From NCBI GenBank assembly GCA_964016885.1, contig OZ024740.1, forward strand, positions 153,822,001 to 153,886,000: a stretch of 64,000 nucleotides of DNA, in the 5' to 3' direction. Each line of letters starts with the position of its first letter. Positions within the stretch are counted from its first letter, which is position 1. This stretch comes from Eledone cirrhosa. Taxonomy: Eukaryota. A program made the translations under genes and the position numbers. Of this stretch, positions 13,967 to 28,589 are shown piece by piece. The notes beneath the pieces were generated by a model. It was given only the letters and a program-made list of their open reading frames with translations, was not told the DNA's origin and did no database searches.

Positions 13967-14493
13967 AATCATGGTCGGGTCGTCGGCGACTAAACGGGCA
14001 ACCGCACCAAGTCTACTTGGTGAGGAGGGTGATTTTGGACACCCTGCAGGACAAAAAACAAAACCTGACACAGGGCGGAAGAACTCATAAGAGTCAACGG
14101 CCATCCAAAAGTGTGTAAATATGTATATACACATGTACCGCGCGGTTAAACCACTGGGTGTGAAGGACCCCTAGCCTTTGTCAGGGCATTCTTCTAGGAG
14201 AAGGCATCTCAGGAAACTGGGTTAACTCCGACATAAAACCTGCGGCTCAGTAGTTACCGATAATGTTGATCTTTTCTTCTTTTCGGGTTATAGCTACTGT
14301 CGCTCAGAGAGTGGGATTGGCTCAGTGCACAGTCTTTCCTCACTTTAAAAAATATCTTCACGCACAGGCATTGCACGATAGAATTAATTAATAATTATTA
14401 ATAATGGTAAATCGTCCAATGGCCATACTCGATAACGAGGGGGCAGCCATCATGTATGTATGTATGTATGTATGTATGTATGTATGTATGTAT
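13967..14493 (+). mobile_element. RTE-derived non-autonomous retroposon, family A, (TATG)n tail
   Basis: Shares 5' body with family B; ends GGCCATACTCGATAACGAGGGGGCAGCCATC-(ATGT)n. Confidence 0.7.
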
Positions 14494-15180
14494 GTCAGGT
14501 CACCAGTTGGTGCTACTGGTAACATGTATCCCAGTACAACCTGTCTCATGGTCGGGTCGTTGGCGACTAAACTGGCAACCCCACCAAGGTTTCTTGGTGA
14601 GGAGGGTGACTTTGGACATCCTGCAGGACTAAAAACAAAACCTGTCAAAGGGCAAAGGAGCTCTTAAGAGTCAATGGCCATCCAAAATCACCGGGAGAGA
14701 TGACCCTTTAGTCTTTGTCAAGGCAGAATTCTAGGAGAAGGAAAACTCTGATATAACACCTGCAACCCTGATGGTATCCAATGATGTTGACTTGTTCTTC
14801 TTTTTGGTAAATAGCATCTTGGTTAAGAGAGTGGGACTGGCTTTGTGCAGTGCCTTTGCTCACTATAAAAGCTTCACGGCACAGGCATTGCTTTATATCT
14901 GGAGATCTCTCTGCACTTGTCCTCACATGGGCCCAGCACTATGTGTCAATAGTTGTCCTACCATGGGCCTAGCACTATGTGTCAATAATTGTCACAGGTG
15001 TAGTGTTTGTACCAGAGGTTTCAAGTCGCTGGCTGGACTAAAAAGTCACACTCGTTCAGCGCTTCGGTAGGGGTTATCCTACATGGATGTAAAGTAGTGG
15101 CCGTACTCGAAAACGAGTTGGCAGCCACCATGTATGTATGTATGTATGTATGTATGTATGTATGTATGTATGTATGTATA
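14494..15180 (+). mobile_element. RTE-derived bipartite non-autonomous retroposon, family B, (TATG)n tail
   Basis: Retains the RTE-type C-terminal zinc-finger remnant [20 protein letters not shown] and 3' stem CTCGAAAACGAG...CAGCCACC-(ATGT)n. Further copies at 17577-18186 and 19201-19611. Confidence 0.75.
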
Positions 15181-15231
15181 CACACATACATACATACATA
15201 CATGATGGCTGCCCCCTCGTTATCGAGTAGA

Positions 15232-15562
15232 TAAATGCCTTAGTGATTAGAGCACTGGGATTGTAATCAGAGAGAAGGTTGTGAGTTCGATTCTCGGATC
15301 GGTTGATGCGTTGTATGCTTGAGCAAGACACTTTATTTCACGTTGCTCCAGTTTACACATATGTAGAAATGAGTTCCGACATCACTGCCAAGCTATATAG
15401 GCCGTTCTAGTTCCCTTGGACAACACCGGTGGCGTGGAGAGGGGAGGCTGGTATGCATCAGTGACTGGTGGTTTTCCACAAACAACTTTGCCCGGACTTG
15501 TTCCTCGGAGGGAAACTTTCGAGGTGCGAATCCCATGGTCATTCGTGATCGAAGGGGGTCTT
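15232..15562 (+). mobile_element. tRNA-headed SINE
   Basis: A-box-like TAGTGATTAGAGC, B-box GAGTTCGATTC, then CTTGAGCAAGACACTTTATTTCAC core. Confidence 0.65.
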
Positions 15563-15753
15563 TACTCTTACATATAAACTATTCTAGTCCTGTAGAAGCC
15601 ATTTCTATATTAAATATTTATACTCTGAACACGGGATAAACTTATATATATATTTATATATATATGTAAGAGCATAGAGTGCTCAACCGGTATACCGCCT
15701 ATGGAAGCATCTTAGCTACCATAAGACACACACACACACATATATATACAATG

Positions 15754-15795
<42 letters not shown>

Positions 15796-15796
15796 C

Positions 15797-15868
<72 letters not shown>

Positions 15869-15869
15869 G

Positions 15870-17434
<1,565 letters not shown>

Positions 17435-17444
17435 ATATATACAT

Positions 17445-17502
<58 letters not shown>

Positions 17503-17576
17503 CGGGAAAGAGAGAGGTGGGTAGATAATTAGCTAGATATATAGATACGTACGCACATACATACATACATACATAC

Positions 17577-18431
17577 ATGGTGGCTGCCAACTCGTTTTCG
17601 AGTACGGCCACTACTTTATATCCATGTAGGAGAACCCCTACTGATGCGCTGAACGAGTGTGACTTTTTAGTCCAGCCAGCGACTTGAAAGCTCTGGTACA
17701 AACACTACACTTGTGACAATTATTGACACATAGTGCTGGGCCCATGGTACCATGTGACGACAAATGCAGAGAGATCTCCAGATATAAAGCAATGCCTGTG
17801 CCGTGAAGCTTTTATAGTGAGCAAAGGCACTGCACAAAGCCAGTCCCACTCTCTTAACCAAGATGATATTTACCAAAAAGAAGAACAAGTCAACATCATT
17901 GGATACCATCAGGGTTGCAGGTGTTATATCAGAGTTTTCCTTCTCCTAGAATTCTGCCTTGACAAAGGCTAAGGGGTCATCTCTCCCGGTGATTTTGGAT
18001 GGCCATTGACTCTTAAGAGCTCCTTTGCCCTTTGACAGGTTTTGTTTTTAGTCCTGCAGGATGTCCAAAGTCACCCTCCTCACCAAGAAACCTTGGTGGA
18101 GTTGCCAGTTTAGTCGCCAATGACACGACCATGAGACAGGTTGTACTGGGATACATGTTACTAGTAGCACCAACTGGTGACCTGACATATATACATATAT
18201 ATATATACATACATACATATATACATACATACATATATGATGGCTGCCCCATCATTATCGAGTAAGGCCCGATATACCATTATTAATAATTATTAATTAA
18301 TTCTATCGTGCAATGCCTGTGCGTGAAGATATTTTTGAAAGACTGTGCACTGAGCCAATCCCACTCTCTGAGCAACAGTAGCTATAACCCGAAAAGAAGA
18401 AAAGATCAACATGATCGGTAACTACTGAGCT
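17577..18431 (-). mobile_element. Inverted copy of the family A (5'-truncated) plus family B dimer
   Basis: Reverse complement of about 14243-15135, including the internal microsatellite spacer. Confidence 0.85.
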
Positions 18432-18911
18432 ACATATATGCCAATAAATGCATTTATGCGAACAGACACACAACATGATATCTAGTATATGCTGTGGAGA
18501 AAGAGAGCTTTTATACATATTTCAAAAGATGCGAACTACAGAGGTCTGCTGCAGTTAGATATATGTCTAAATATAGAATTCTAACTGCACTGTTCCTAAT
18601 ATTCTGGCTAATACTCTGTAGAAGAGAAAAGCTGACGTTATACCTATTTAAAAGTTCGGTTTGTTGGCACTCATGCTACACGTCACACAAACAATACTTA
18701 ATGTTAATTTACAGCTGCCATCCCTCCAAATCATGAAAGTGATTCGCCATAGCTGTCAAGTTAACTTCTTTTCTCAAATATGAAGTCCGGTTTCTATCCC
18801 AAAGCGTGGCACTATCAATAGATATCTGCTAGTATTATCGCAGATTGACGAAATTGAAAGTAACATTTTATAGACGAAAGTCGGTCGATTATATATATAC
18901 ATAGATACACA

Positions 18912-19105
<194 letters not shown>

Positions 19106-19117
19106 TATGTGTGTATG

Positions 19118-19193
<76 letters not shown>

Positions 19194-19200
19194 TATACAT

Positions 19201-19611
19201 ATGGTGGCTGCCAACTCGTTTTCGAGTACGGCCACTACTTTATATCCATGTAGGAGAACCCCTACTGATGCGCTGAACGAGTGTGACTTTTTAGTCCAGC
19301 CAGCGACTTGAAAGCTCTGGTACAAACACTACACTTGTGACAATTATTGACACATAGTGCTGGGCCCATGGTACCATGTGACGACAAATGCAGAGAGATC
19401 TCCAGATATAAAGCAATGCCTGTGCCGTGAAGCTTTTATAGTGAGCAAAGGCACTGCACAAAGCCAGTCCCACTCTCTTAACCAAGATGATATTTACCAA
19501 AAAGAAGAACAAGTCAACATCATTGGATACCATCAGGGTTGCAGGTGTTATATCAGAGTTTTCCTTCTCCTAGAATTCTGCCTTGACAAAGGCTAAGGGG
19601 TCATCTCTCCC
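19201..19611 (-). mobile_element. 5'-truncated family B copy
   Basis: Appears identical to 17578-17988; the ORF track gives the same translations for both. Confidence 0.85.
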
Positions 19612-19639
19612 AGATATATATATATATATACATACATAT

Positions 19640-19744
<105 letters not shown>

Positions 19745-19777
19745 CATATACATATATATATATATATATATAAATAT

Positions 19778-20668
19778 ATGAATAAAGTGGTCCTTCATCA
19801 GTGATCTTCCAACCATCACAGGTATTTCTTCGCTTTAAAGACCATATACCTCCGGTTGGTGCGAGCAACGGCTAAAAAAAAGTCGTTGGGACACGTAAAT
19901 AAAGGGGACAGCGAGAGTGTAAACAAACAAAGATGGTGAAGCAACGAAAAGTGAGGAAATACGAGTCAAGTCCCAAAATTCCATGAATATAAGTTCGGTG
20001 AAATCGTGAACGAGAGAGAATAAAGACCATCAAACCTGGTTGGAATGTGAGCAAGGAAGGAATTCCGTACATGTCTAACGGGGGGAAGAAGGAATCTAGT
20101 CTGTGAATTCGGTGAACATAAGTTCTGTGAAATCGTAGACGAGAGAGAGAAAAAAGGCGAACCAGCCTGACCAAGCGTGCGAAGAAAAGAATTACGCACA
20201 GGTCAAACGGGAAGAAGGAGGAGGAGAGGTAGTAACAGAGAGTGAGTGAGTGAAGGGTGAGGAAGAGGCTAACAGAGAGAGTGACTGTTAGAGAGGGTAA
20301 AGATACAGAGAAAGAGGAAGCAGTAAGAACGAAATAGACGGATCACAGCGGGGAAAACAATATGTGTAAATATGAGAATAAACGTGCTGCGTGGTTGCAA
20401 ATGGGTTACATATGAATAAAGTGGTCCTTCATCAGTGATCTTCCAACCATCACAGTTATTTCTTCGCTTTAAAGACCATATTTGTTTTTTTACACTCTCG
20501 CTGTCCCCTTTATTTACGTGTCCCAACGACTTTTTTTTAGCTGTTGCTTGCACCAACCGGAGGTAAATGGTCTTTAAAGCGAAGAAATACCTGTGATGGT
20601 TGGAAGATCACTGATGATGGACCACTTTATTCATATGTAACCCAAATGCAACCACACAGCACGTTTAT

Positions 20669-20675
<7 letters not shown>
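19778..20675 (-). mobile_element. Non-coding 634-bp-unit element: about 1.1 units plus an inverted segment (20481-20675), in (TA)n
   Basis: ATGAATAAAGTGGTCCTTCATCAG...AAAGACCATAT at 19778 and 20412. The inverted piece reads across the unit junction. Second copy at 50828-51545. Confidence 0.8.
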
Positions 20676-20731
<56 letters not shown>

Positions 20732-20891
20732 TAAATATACACGGGTGTGTATGATTGTGTATAGAAGATTATATTAATAAGAGGAATTCCAACTTTGTCT
20801 GATTTACTCGTTTTATTTACAATCCTTTAAAATATATATAATGGTATTATAATGAAATAGTATGATAGAATATTAAATTCTAAGTGTTAAT

Positions 20892-20930
20892 TGAACAAGT
20901 ACTTTCATGCTTTCGCAATCTTCAGGTTCA
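20892..20930 (-). ncRNA. Minimal hammerhead in 3' pLTR
   Basis: UGAAC-CUGAAGA-uUGC-GAAA-GCAu-GAAA-GUAC-UU-GUUCA; palindromic stem III. Confidence 0.82.
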
Positions 20931-21301
20931 TGATATGTGGTGACAGTCGAGTTTGCAATTTTCAACTGTAATGAGATGGGTAAATTTCCTACCTTTTATA
21001 CATTTTATACAGAGAAAAGTGGCTCCAGAATGCAAAGCCCTGTAAACTGTATTTCGACCAATCAATGTGTAGTTTCACTGAATTACTACAGCTGATTGGT
21101 TTAAGCGTCACGGCTGGTTGAGCATGCTAACGGCCAATAGTCATATCCAACGTATCAATTGTTTTGCTTTTTGAAATGATGAAAATAGCATTTTCTATTA
21201 ATCATCACCATCAACATCACTTTTATTATTATTATTATTGTTGTTGTTGTTGTTAGTGGTCGTGGTCATAGTGGTAGTAGAAGTAATACCCCTAGGCGTT
21301 A

Positions 21302-23041
21302 TTATTGTTCATTTAGCTTGGGTTTGAATTTATCAATAAAATTCTTTTCTTTGATTTTTCTCTTGATTTCACTTGGGCTGTGTAATTTGTAGAATGGGAA
21401 TATTATAAATATTCCCTGACCACATGTTGCCAGGTGGCCGCTTAGGGGTATCTGACGGACATTTGGGTCTCTGATTTGTTGACGGTGTACCCGTGCACGT
21501 TCCGATAGTGCATTTCCAGTTTGACCGACATATAGTTCTTCACAATTCGGGCATTTAATGCAGTAAATTAGATTTCTGCTTTTGCAGTTAATATTTGCAT
21601 TTGGGAATATTTTTCCAGTTTTTGTTTTCATATATTGACCGGCGTGTATGGATTGACATGTGCCGCATCGATTATCATTGCATTTAGATACAGTGAATGA
21701 TTGGTCTTTGTTGTTAAGGTCAAACTTTGCTTTTGTTAGCAATTGCTTCAAATTTTTTGGCTGTCTTTTACTAAGAGTCAAAGATCGATCTGTGATTAAG
21801 CCTTTTAATTCGTTACTTTGAGCAATGATCGGTAGGTTTGCTTTGGCAGTGTTGAAGATATTCTGGTGACATGGGTTGTGTGTCATTATAAATGGTATGA
21901 CCAGTTCTTGGTTTCTTCTTCCTTGGGTTGTTCTAAGTTGTTGTATAGGTATTTTTATAGCCCGCTGTATGCCATTTTCTATAAGTAGAGATGGGTATTT
22001 TTGTTTGAGCAAAAATTCTCTTAGTTCTGTCAGGCGTTTGTACCTGGTATTCGTATCTTCTACAATGGTACAAATTCTTCTGGCTAGGCAGTATGGGATG
22101 TTGCGTTTTGTATGAGGTGGATGGCACGACTTAAAATTCAGATATTGATGGGTGTCTGTGTGTTTATAATATATATCCGTGGTAATGGTGGTGTCGTTTT
22201 TGATTATCATTATATCTAGGAATGGTAATTTGGTCCTACTCATCTCTTTTGTGAATTGGAGAGATGGGTGTAGGTTATTCAGGAGGATATTGAACTCATC
22301 CAGAGTATCTAGAGATTCTGTCCAGATGATGAAACAGTCGTCAAGGTATCTCTTCCAAGATTTTTCAATGTACTTTCTAAAGTCAGTACTATACTTTTCC
22401 TCTATTTCTTGGTAGAGTTGTTGTTCTAAGTATCCCATTACAGAGTTCGCGTAAACGGGAGCAAACTTCGTTCCCATCGCTGTGCCTCTAATTTGGATGT
22501 AATTATTTCCATTGAAGAAGAAAGTGTTGTTTTCCAGAATAAGTTTAACTGCGTCTAATATAAATGGCGCTGTGAATCTAATGGGAATCACTTCTCTATG
22601 TTTTTCCACCCAGTATTTAACCGCCTTTATTCCTAAATCATGTGTAATGCTGGTTTAAAGGCTTACCACATCAAAACTGAGTAGAAGTGAATTCGTTTCC
22701 GTGGTTTTGGGAAGATGGGACAGGAAGTCGATATCATCCCGGATGAAACTGGGTATGTGAATACATAGTGGTTTCAAAATAATGTCAACAAAATTGCTTA
22801 GACGGTGAGTGGGGCATGTTGGACCAGCTATAATAGGTCTAAGTTTTAAGTCTTTTGGGTGTAATAATTTAATGTACTCACTGCTTTGTTCTCTTACTGC
22901 CAGTTGTATTTCTTTTGACTTGTGAACTTTCGGTAGGCCATACAGGTTGCTGGGTTTCGGCTCAAAATTGGTGATGTAGTCTCTTTCCTTATCAGTAAAT
23001 GAGTTGTGGTATTTTGAAGCCAGGTTGTTGATCTTCTTCAT
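21302..23041 (-). pseudogene. PLE reverse transcriptase plus GIY-YIG endonuclease; one in-frame stop at 22655-22657
   Basis: GLPKVHK, LRPII, SFDVVSL, GTAMG, RYLDD, Cys linker CNDNRCGTC and NLIYCIKCPNCEELYVGQTG. The two ORF-track pieces are in the same frame. Confidence 0.93.
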
Positions 23042-23274
23042 GATGTTGTGGTCGAGCTAAATGAACAATAATAACGCCTAGGGGTATTACTTCTACTACC
23101 ACTATGACCACGACCACTAACAACAACAACAACAATAATAATAATAATAATAAAAGTGATGTTGATGGTGATGATTAATAGAAAATGCTATTTTCATCAT
23201 TTCAAAAAGCAAAACAATTGATACGTTGGATATGACTATTGGCCGTTAGCATGCTCAACCAGCCGTGACGCTTA

Positions 23275-23382
23275 AACCAATCAGCTGTAGTAATTCAGTG
23301 AAACTACACACTGATTGGTCGAAATACAGTTTACAGGGCTTTGCATTCTGGAGCCACTTTTCTCTGTATAAAATGTATAAAA
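23275..23382 (+). promoter_or_regulatory. Putative pLTR Pol II promoter
   Basis: CCAATCA/GATTGG boxes, GAGCCACTTTT (23351) and TATAAAA (23367, 23376), about 70 nt before the HHR. Confidence 0.5.
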
Positions 23383-23445
23383 GGTAGGAAATTTACCCAT
23401 CTCATTACAGTTGAAAATTGCAAACTCGACTGTCACCACATATCA

Positions 23446-23484
23446 TGAACCTGAAGATTGCGAAAGCATGAAAGTACTTGTTCA
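23446..23484 (+). ncRNA. Minimal hammerhead in inverted pLTR
   Basis: Same motif as 20892-20930. Confidence 0.82.
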
Positions 23485-23598
23485 ATTAACACTTAGAATT
23501 TAATATTCTATCATACTATTTCATTATAATACCATTATATATATTTTAAAGGATTGTAAATAAAACGAGTAAATCAGACAAAGTTGGAATTCCTCTTA

Positions 23599-23684
<86 letters not shown>

Positions 23685-23701
23685 CATACATACATACATA
23701 C

Positions 23702-24439
23702 ATACATAAACGGAGAAAGCTAATAGCGATACTCCGGCCAAATTGCAACTCACTCAACAAACATTAGGAAATACCTTAGTATATTCCTAATTAAACGTTC
23801 GGGGTGCTAACTATATTGTATTGTGTGGAGAATTGGCTGTATTATTTCATATGAGATATATCAAATATATCACTTCCCATACGACTCGTTTCATTATAAG
23901 ATTTCTACAAGTTGGGTGAAATTATACCAAATTATGTAGAAGCTTGTATAAGATCAACAGATACTTATACAAGTGGGCTCTTATAATTCTTCAGTGGGTG
24001 CCCAATAATGTTAATATTGATAACCAAATCAACATCAATATTTAGCGATAATCACCATCAGTGCTTGGGGGAGCTGCTAGGTTGTTAGTCCAGGAGTTCT
24101 AAAGAAAATCTCACACTGTCTCGAAAATAGGAGGAAGGAGACTACCGCCAAAAAACAATACATGCGCAGGTCAGTTGAATTCCGATACGAATTCAAGCCA
24201 CGTGCTTAGAACTCAATTGGATATGAAAAAATAACCATATGTGCGCTTCGCTTAATGACACATATAGATATCTTCTCGGGCAAAATAACAGAATGAGATA
24301 CAAGAACAAACAGTCAATATTCATATAAAAAATAAACAAAGAGAGTCATAACTTATATCGGGAAAGTTCATATTTGTTGCACCAAGAGTAAATATATAAA
24401 TACATAAACGGAGAAAGCTAATAGCGATACTCCGGCCAA
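23702..24439 (-). mobile_element. Retrozyme-like non-coding element: 698-bp unit with 40-bp terminal direct repeat and HHR
   Basis: ATACATAAACGGAGAAAGCTAATAGCGATACTCCGGCCAA at 23702 and 24400; microsatellite flanks; no ORF. Confidence 0.75.
23876..23998 (-). ncRNA. Type I hammerhead with branched, roughly 95-nt stem II domain
   Basis: CCCA-CUGAAGA-AUUAUAAGA-[two hairpins]-UCUUAUAAU-GAAA-CGA-G-UCG-UA-UGGG. Confidence 0.8.
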
Positions 24440-24556
24440 CATATAGATATACATATACATATACGTATATATTCTCAATGCTTCAAAGCCAAAAATTCGG
24501 CTTCGTACATTGTTTGTATTAGAGCGAAAACAAATTTTGTTTATATATATATATGT

Positions 24557-24629
<73 letters not shown>

Positions 24630-24887
24630 TGTTTGTATGTGTGTGTGTGTGTATGTGTATGTATGTGTGTGTGTGTGTGTGTGCGCGTGCGCATATGAGT
24701 GTGTGTGTGTGCGTATGTGTGTGTAGGTGTGTGTTTGTGTGTGTGTGTAAGTATGGGAATTTTGTATATCTAGTGATATCTTCTGCTGCAATCGGCTAGA
24801 AGGCATTAGCCATCAACTTCCACAAATTCATAGTTAAAGGCTTTCAAATGTTTATTCGTAAACATGTCGTATATCATTATATACGGT

Positions 24888-25051
24888 TAATTGGCAGTAT
24901 CGGTAGAGGGTCGGACACCATGCTTTGTCGCATTCTTAGTTCAAATCCCGCCGAGGTTAACTTTGCCTTTCATCCTTACGGGGTCGATAAAATAAAGTAC
25001 CAGTAATATACTGGGTAATTGCTAGCCTTGTGCCAAAAGTAGAAACAATTA
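24888..25051 (+). mobile_element. Nin/Deu-like SINE
   Basis: TTGGCAGTATCGGTAGAG...GTTCAAATCCCGCC...GTCGATAAAATAAAGTACCAG...AGAAACAATTAT. Confidence 0.75.
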
Positions 25052-25151
25052 TATATACAAAATTTCCATACTGATATGTATACAGCTATATCGGAATGAA
25101 AACATAAATTTATATATATATATGTGTGTGAGTCTGTGTGTCTGTGTTGTG

Positions 25152-25220
<69 letters not shown>

Positions 25221-25998
25221 GTGTGTGTGTAGCATTGCCCGTTATTCAATAGCCGCATGATTCAGTTCTCGTAGACGCTTCTGTCCACATGTTCTATATC
25301 CTCTGGTCTCTGTAAATGAATTATACAAGTTTGTCTTAGGTTAATTAAAAGTTACTCCGATGATACTACACGTGGGTATATGTATGTGTGTGCGTGTATG
25401 TGTCTATATGTGTGTGTATATGTCTGTGTGTGTGTATATATTGGCACAGTATGTTGGAATGAACGATAATATTACCGATAAAACACTGCATCAAATGAAA
25501 GCACCAGACCTGCCAACCTCTAAAAACCCAAACGGGGAGTACCATGAAAAATAGTGCCCCAAAATGGGGAGAAATGAGGCAAAATGGGGAAGATTTTACA
25601 TTATGAAAACTATACACATTTTTACAAGAGAAGACACCTTTCACCCACTCCAAAACGGACGGGGGTCTGAAGCTCCCCGTGTTATTTATTTCAACTGAGT
25701 CGTAATACACACGCACTGTTCACTTTTACCATTAAGAAATGCAGTGAACTATTTATTAACCCGTTTAAAAACTTCAAGTAGCAACGTTATTGTTAAAAGT
25801 TGTCATATAAAATATGATGATTTATGCCTTTAATTATTCCTTGGATCGATAAAAATACGTATTAATGATCCACCACCAACCTAAATTTGTGGCCTGATAT
25901 TTCTAGCATTTTTTTTTATAGTTGTCAGCTCTAGAAGTTGAGGCATAGCACTTATAAGAGTAGTTTGTTGCGCAATCAACCTTAAGATTGCGAGCCCA

Positions 25999-26067
<69 letters not shown>

Positions 26068-28589
26068 GTATATATTAGAAAAAACGAGGAAGTTTCGTTT
26101 ACTTGTATAATATTTTACATTTGTCTCGACTGAATCACTTACACTATACATACATATATATATACAGATATGTGTGACTGTGTGTGTGTCTATGTGCACG
26201 CCTCTGCACGCGCGTGTGTGCATGAATGTGTGTATATTCCTGCAAGATCGTTTACATTTAATGTGAAAAAAATCTTTATTAGCATGTAATGCAGTTTGTT
26301 TAAATAATATTTGTTATCTTCACAAAAAATATATCCCACGAACCAATTACAATTACGAAGCGTACGCAATATTTAATCAACGTCATTATCTGATGATTGG
26401 ATATGTTCATTAGGAATCATGTTCATCTCCAATTCAGTTAAATAACTAAAAGACCTCACCTAGACGCCAGAGAAAATATTACATCAACATCCATTGCGAT
26501 AATCTTCTATATTCTTTATAATTAATTAGAACCTAGCTTAGCTAAATATGTTATATATTCACAAGTACAATTCTATGTTATCTGATATGCATTTATTCTA
26601 TAGGAAGTCATAGCTGAATTATTAATTCGTATTACTCTCTACCGAGATTTCTGTGACTATGCCTACATTGAAGACTCTAAAATGTTTATCGCTCTAACTG
26701 TTGAAAATAACAACTAACACTCCTTCGAATCACACTGTATTATCTTTTAAAAAGCTTATATTAATCTTGGAATGACTTTCATCCTAATTCTTGTCGATTA
26801 CAGCCGACTTAGAATGAGAAAAACAATACCAAAATCAACCATGGATCTTCCTCTTCACTTAGCTTATATAAATATGCACCGATACATTCTTTATTGTAAC
26901 GTTTTATTTCATTTCAATATACAAAAGCTCATATATATGTTTCAAGTTGTAGACCGAAGTCTTGTTTATAGACGACTGAAATTTTGCATAGTGACACATC
27001 TTTCCAAGAAGAATACAATAGATTATGAGACATCTGAAATTTGTTTTCTAACAGAACAATGAAGAATATTGTATGCCTCCAAGCACTGTAATAGACACTA
27101 GGAAGATGTTACTTATTAACAATTCATTTAGTGTAAATTACTACAATATTTCGCGAAAGAAGCATGTTTTCCCAGAAAATATAAAATAATATAAGAGTAA
27201 AATATTTTCTATTTTCTATTTTAGGTTATTTATTTGATTGTTTATTATTGTTTTTGGCGTATTTTTATGAGACTTAGTTAGAAATATCATTGGATTGTTT
27301 AGATGCAACAATACTGAATAAACCAATATGCACAAACCATCTAAAATTTGTTTGCATTTGTTAAAAGCAATTTATTCAAAATAAACTGAATTTATGGAAT
27401 TACATTTTTTTAAATATTAACAATCCCGGCCAAGTCTGGGTCATGCTACTAGTATCGTATATGATAACAATCTGGTTCTTGTAGAATAGAGTCAACACAG
27501 AAATGGAAAAGCAGCCGCAACGTGGACAGTTCGTACCCCATCATTGGCACCTTACCGGGCTTGAGCAAGACATTAAAACTCCAAATGCTAGTACGTGTTT
27601 GAAACAGCTCGTCGCTCTAAACAGCTGCAACACTTTATTGTAGGCAAGTGTTATATTAGATTACAGTAATTGTCGGTGTACATCTTACGAAGCTTATTTC
27701 TACTTAGATGCACTAAGCTGCAATTTGGCAGAAGCGTTAAAGTGTCACGCGAAATGTCTTGCTGTATTTATTCTGGCTCTTTACATTATAAGTACAAATC
27801 TTATCGGGATCTATTTATCTTTTCATTCTTCAAGAGTCGATAAATAAAGTACCAAGATAAGGTAGTCAATTGATAGAACGGTTAAAGCATCGAGTAGGAT
27901 GCCTTGCGGTACAGGTTCCGGATCTTTGCATTCTGAATTCAAATCCCACAGAGACCTACATATGTGTGTGTGTGTGGGGGGGGGGGGGATTTATACTTCA
28001 CCTAGTTTAACACCGCTCCCTGTGTGTATTTGGCGTAATTCACACTGTTGCAAGCATTCGAACAATATCTCTCTTTGATTTGAGGATACCTTCCTAATTC
28101 CATTCCACCTTTCTTAGAATCCTGAAAGGGCAGAAGGTACTGTCCCTCCTTTTCTGACCCAGTAACACCCCCACCAAATATATGTGCATGAGGTTATTCC
28201 TATTATAACTGTTGTCGTTTAACCCCAGTTCAGTCTTGATCGAGCATTCATACACATCAAAAACGTTGCAGCCGTGACCATCCCATCTTTCTCTATATCT
28301 ATGACAACATTATCCAGTTTGTTCTTTCTTCATTATTTTTAGGTAATAACATATGATTTGAGGAGGATTTTGCTGCTATTTCGAGATGGTCAAACGACCA
28401 CACAGCGATTCCATCGTTGGCTTGTAATATTTATTATGTTTATTTAAGTAAAACATCATATTTCATATTTTTTTAACATCCGGTATAGTCGTAAAGAGTT
28501 TAATTTATTCAAACACCATAACAATGGAAGCTAATCAAATACAGACCGTTACATTCGGTGTAAATACCAAACAGTTTGTGGACACAAGA

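Larger units (their letters stand above)
20729..23605 (-). mobile_element. Penelope-like element (Neptune-type), 5'-truncated, with inverted pseudo-LTRs
   Basis: About 550-bp near-identical inverted repeats at 20771-21318 and 23055-23605; flanked by (TA)n. Confidence 0.93.

Noticed and set aside
18770-18840. Possible HHR on the minus strand (GAAACCGG)
   Set aside because: Core strand and stems could not be paired.
19785-19850. C/D-box snoRNA or SECIS reading of GCGA(A/U)GA...CUGA
   Set aside because: Box C varies between copies, no rRNA guide was recognised and no SECIS helix II forms.
25505-25700. hAT-like TIR start CAGACCTGCCAACC
   Set aside because: No matching right TIR or target duplication was found.
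27425-27453. Helitron-like 3' hairpin plus CTAGT
   Set aside because: Imperfect hairpin and no identifiable 5' end.
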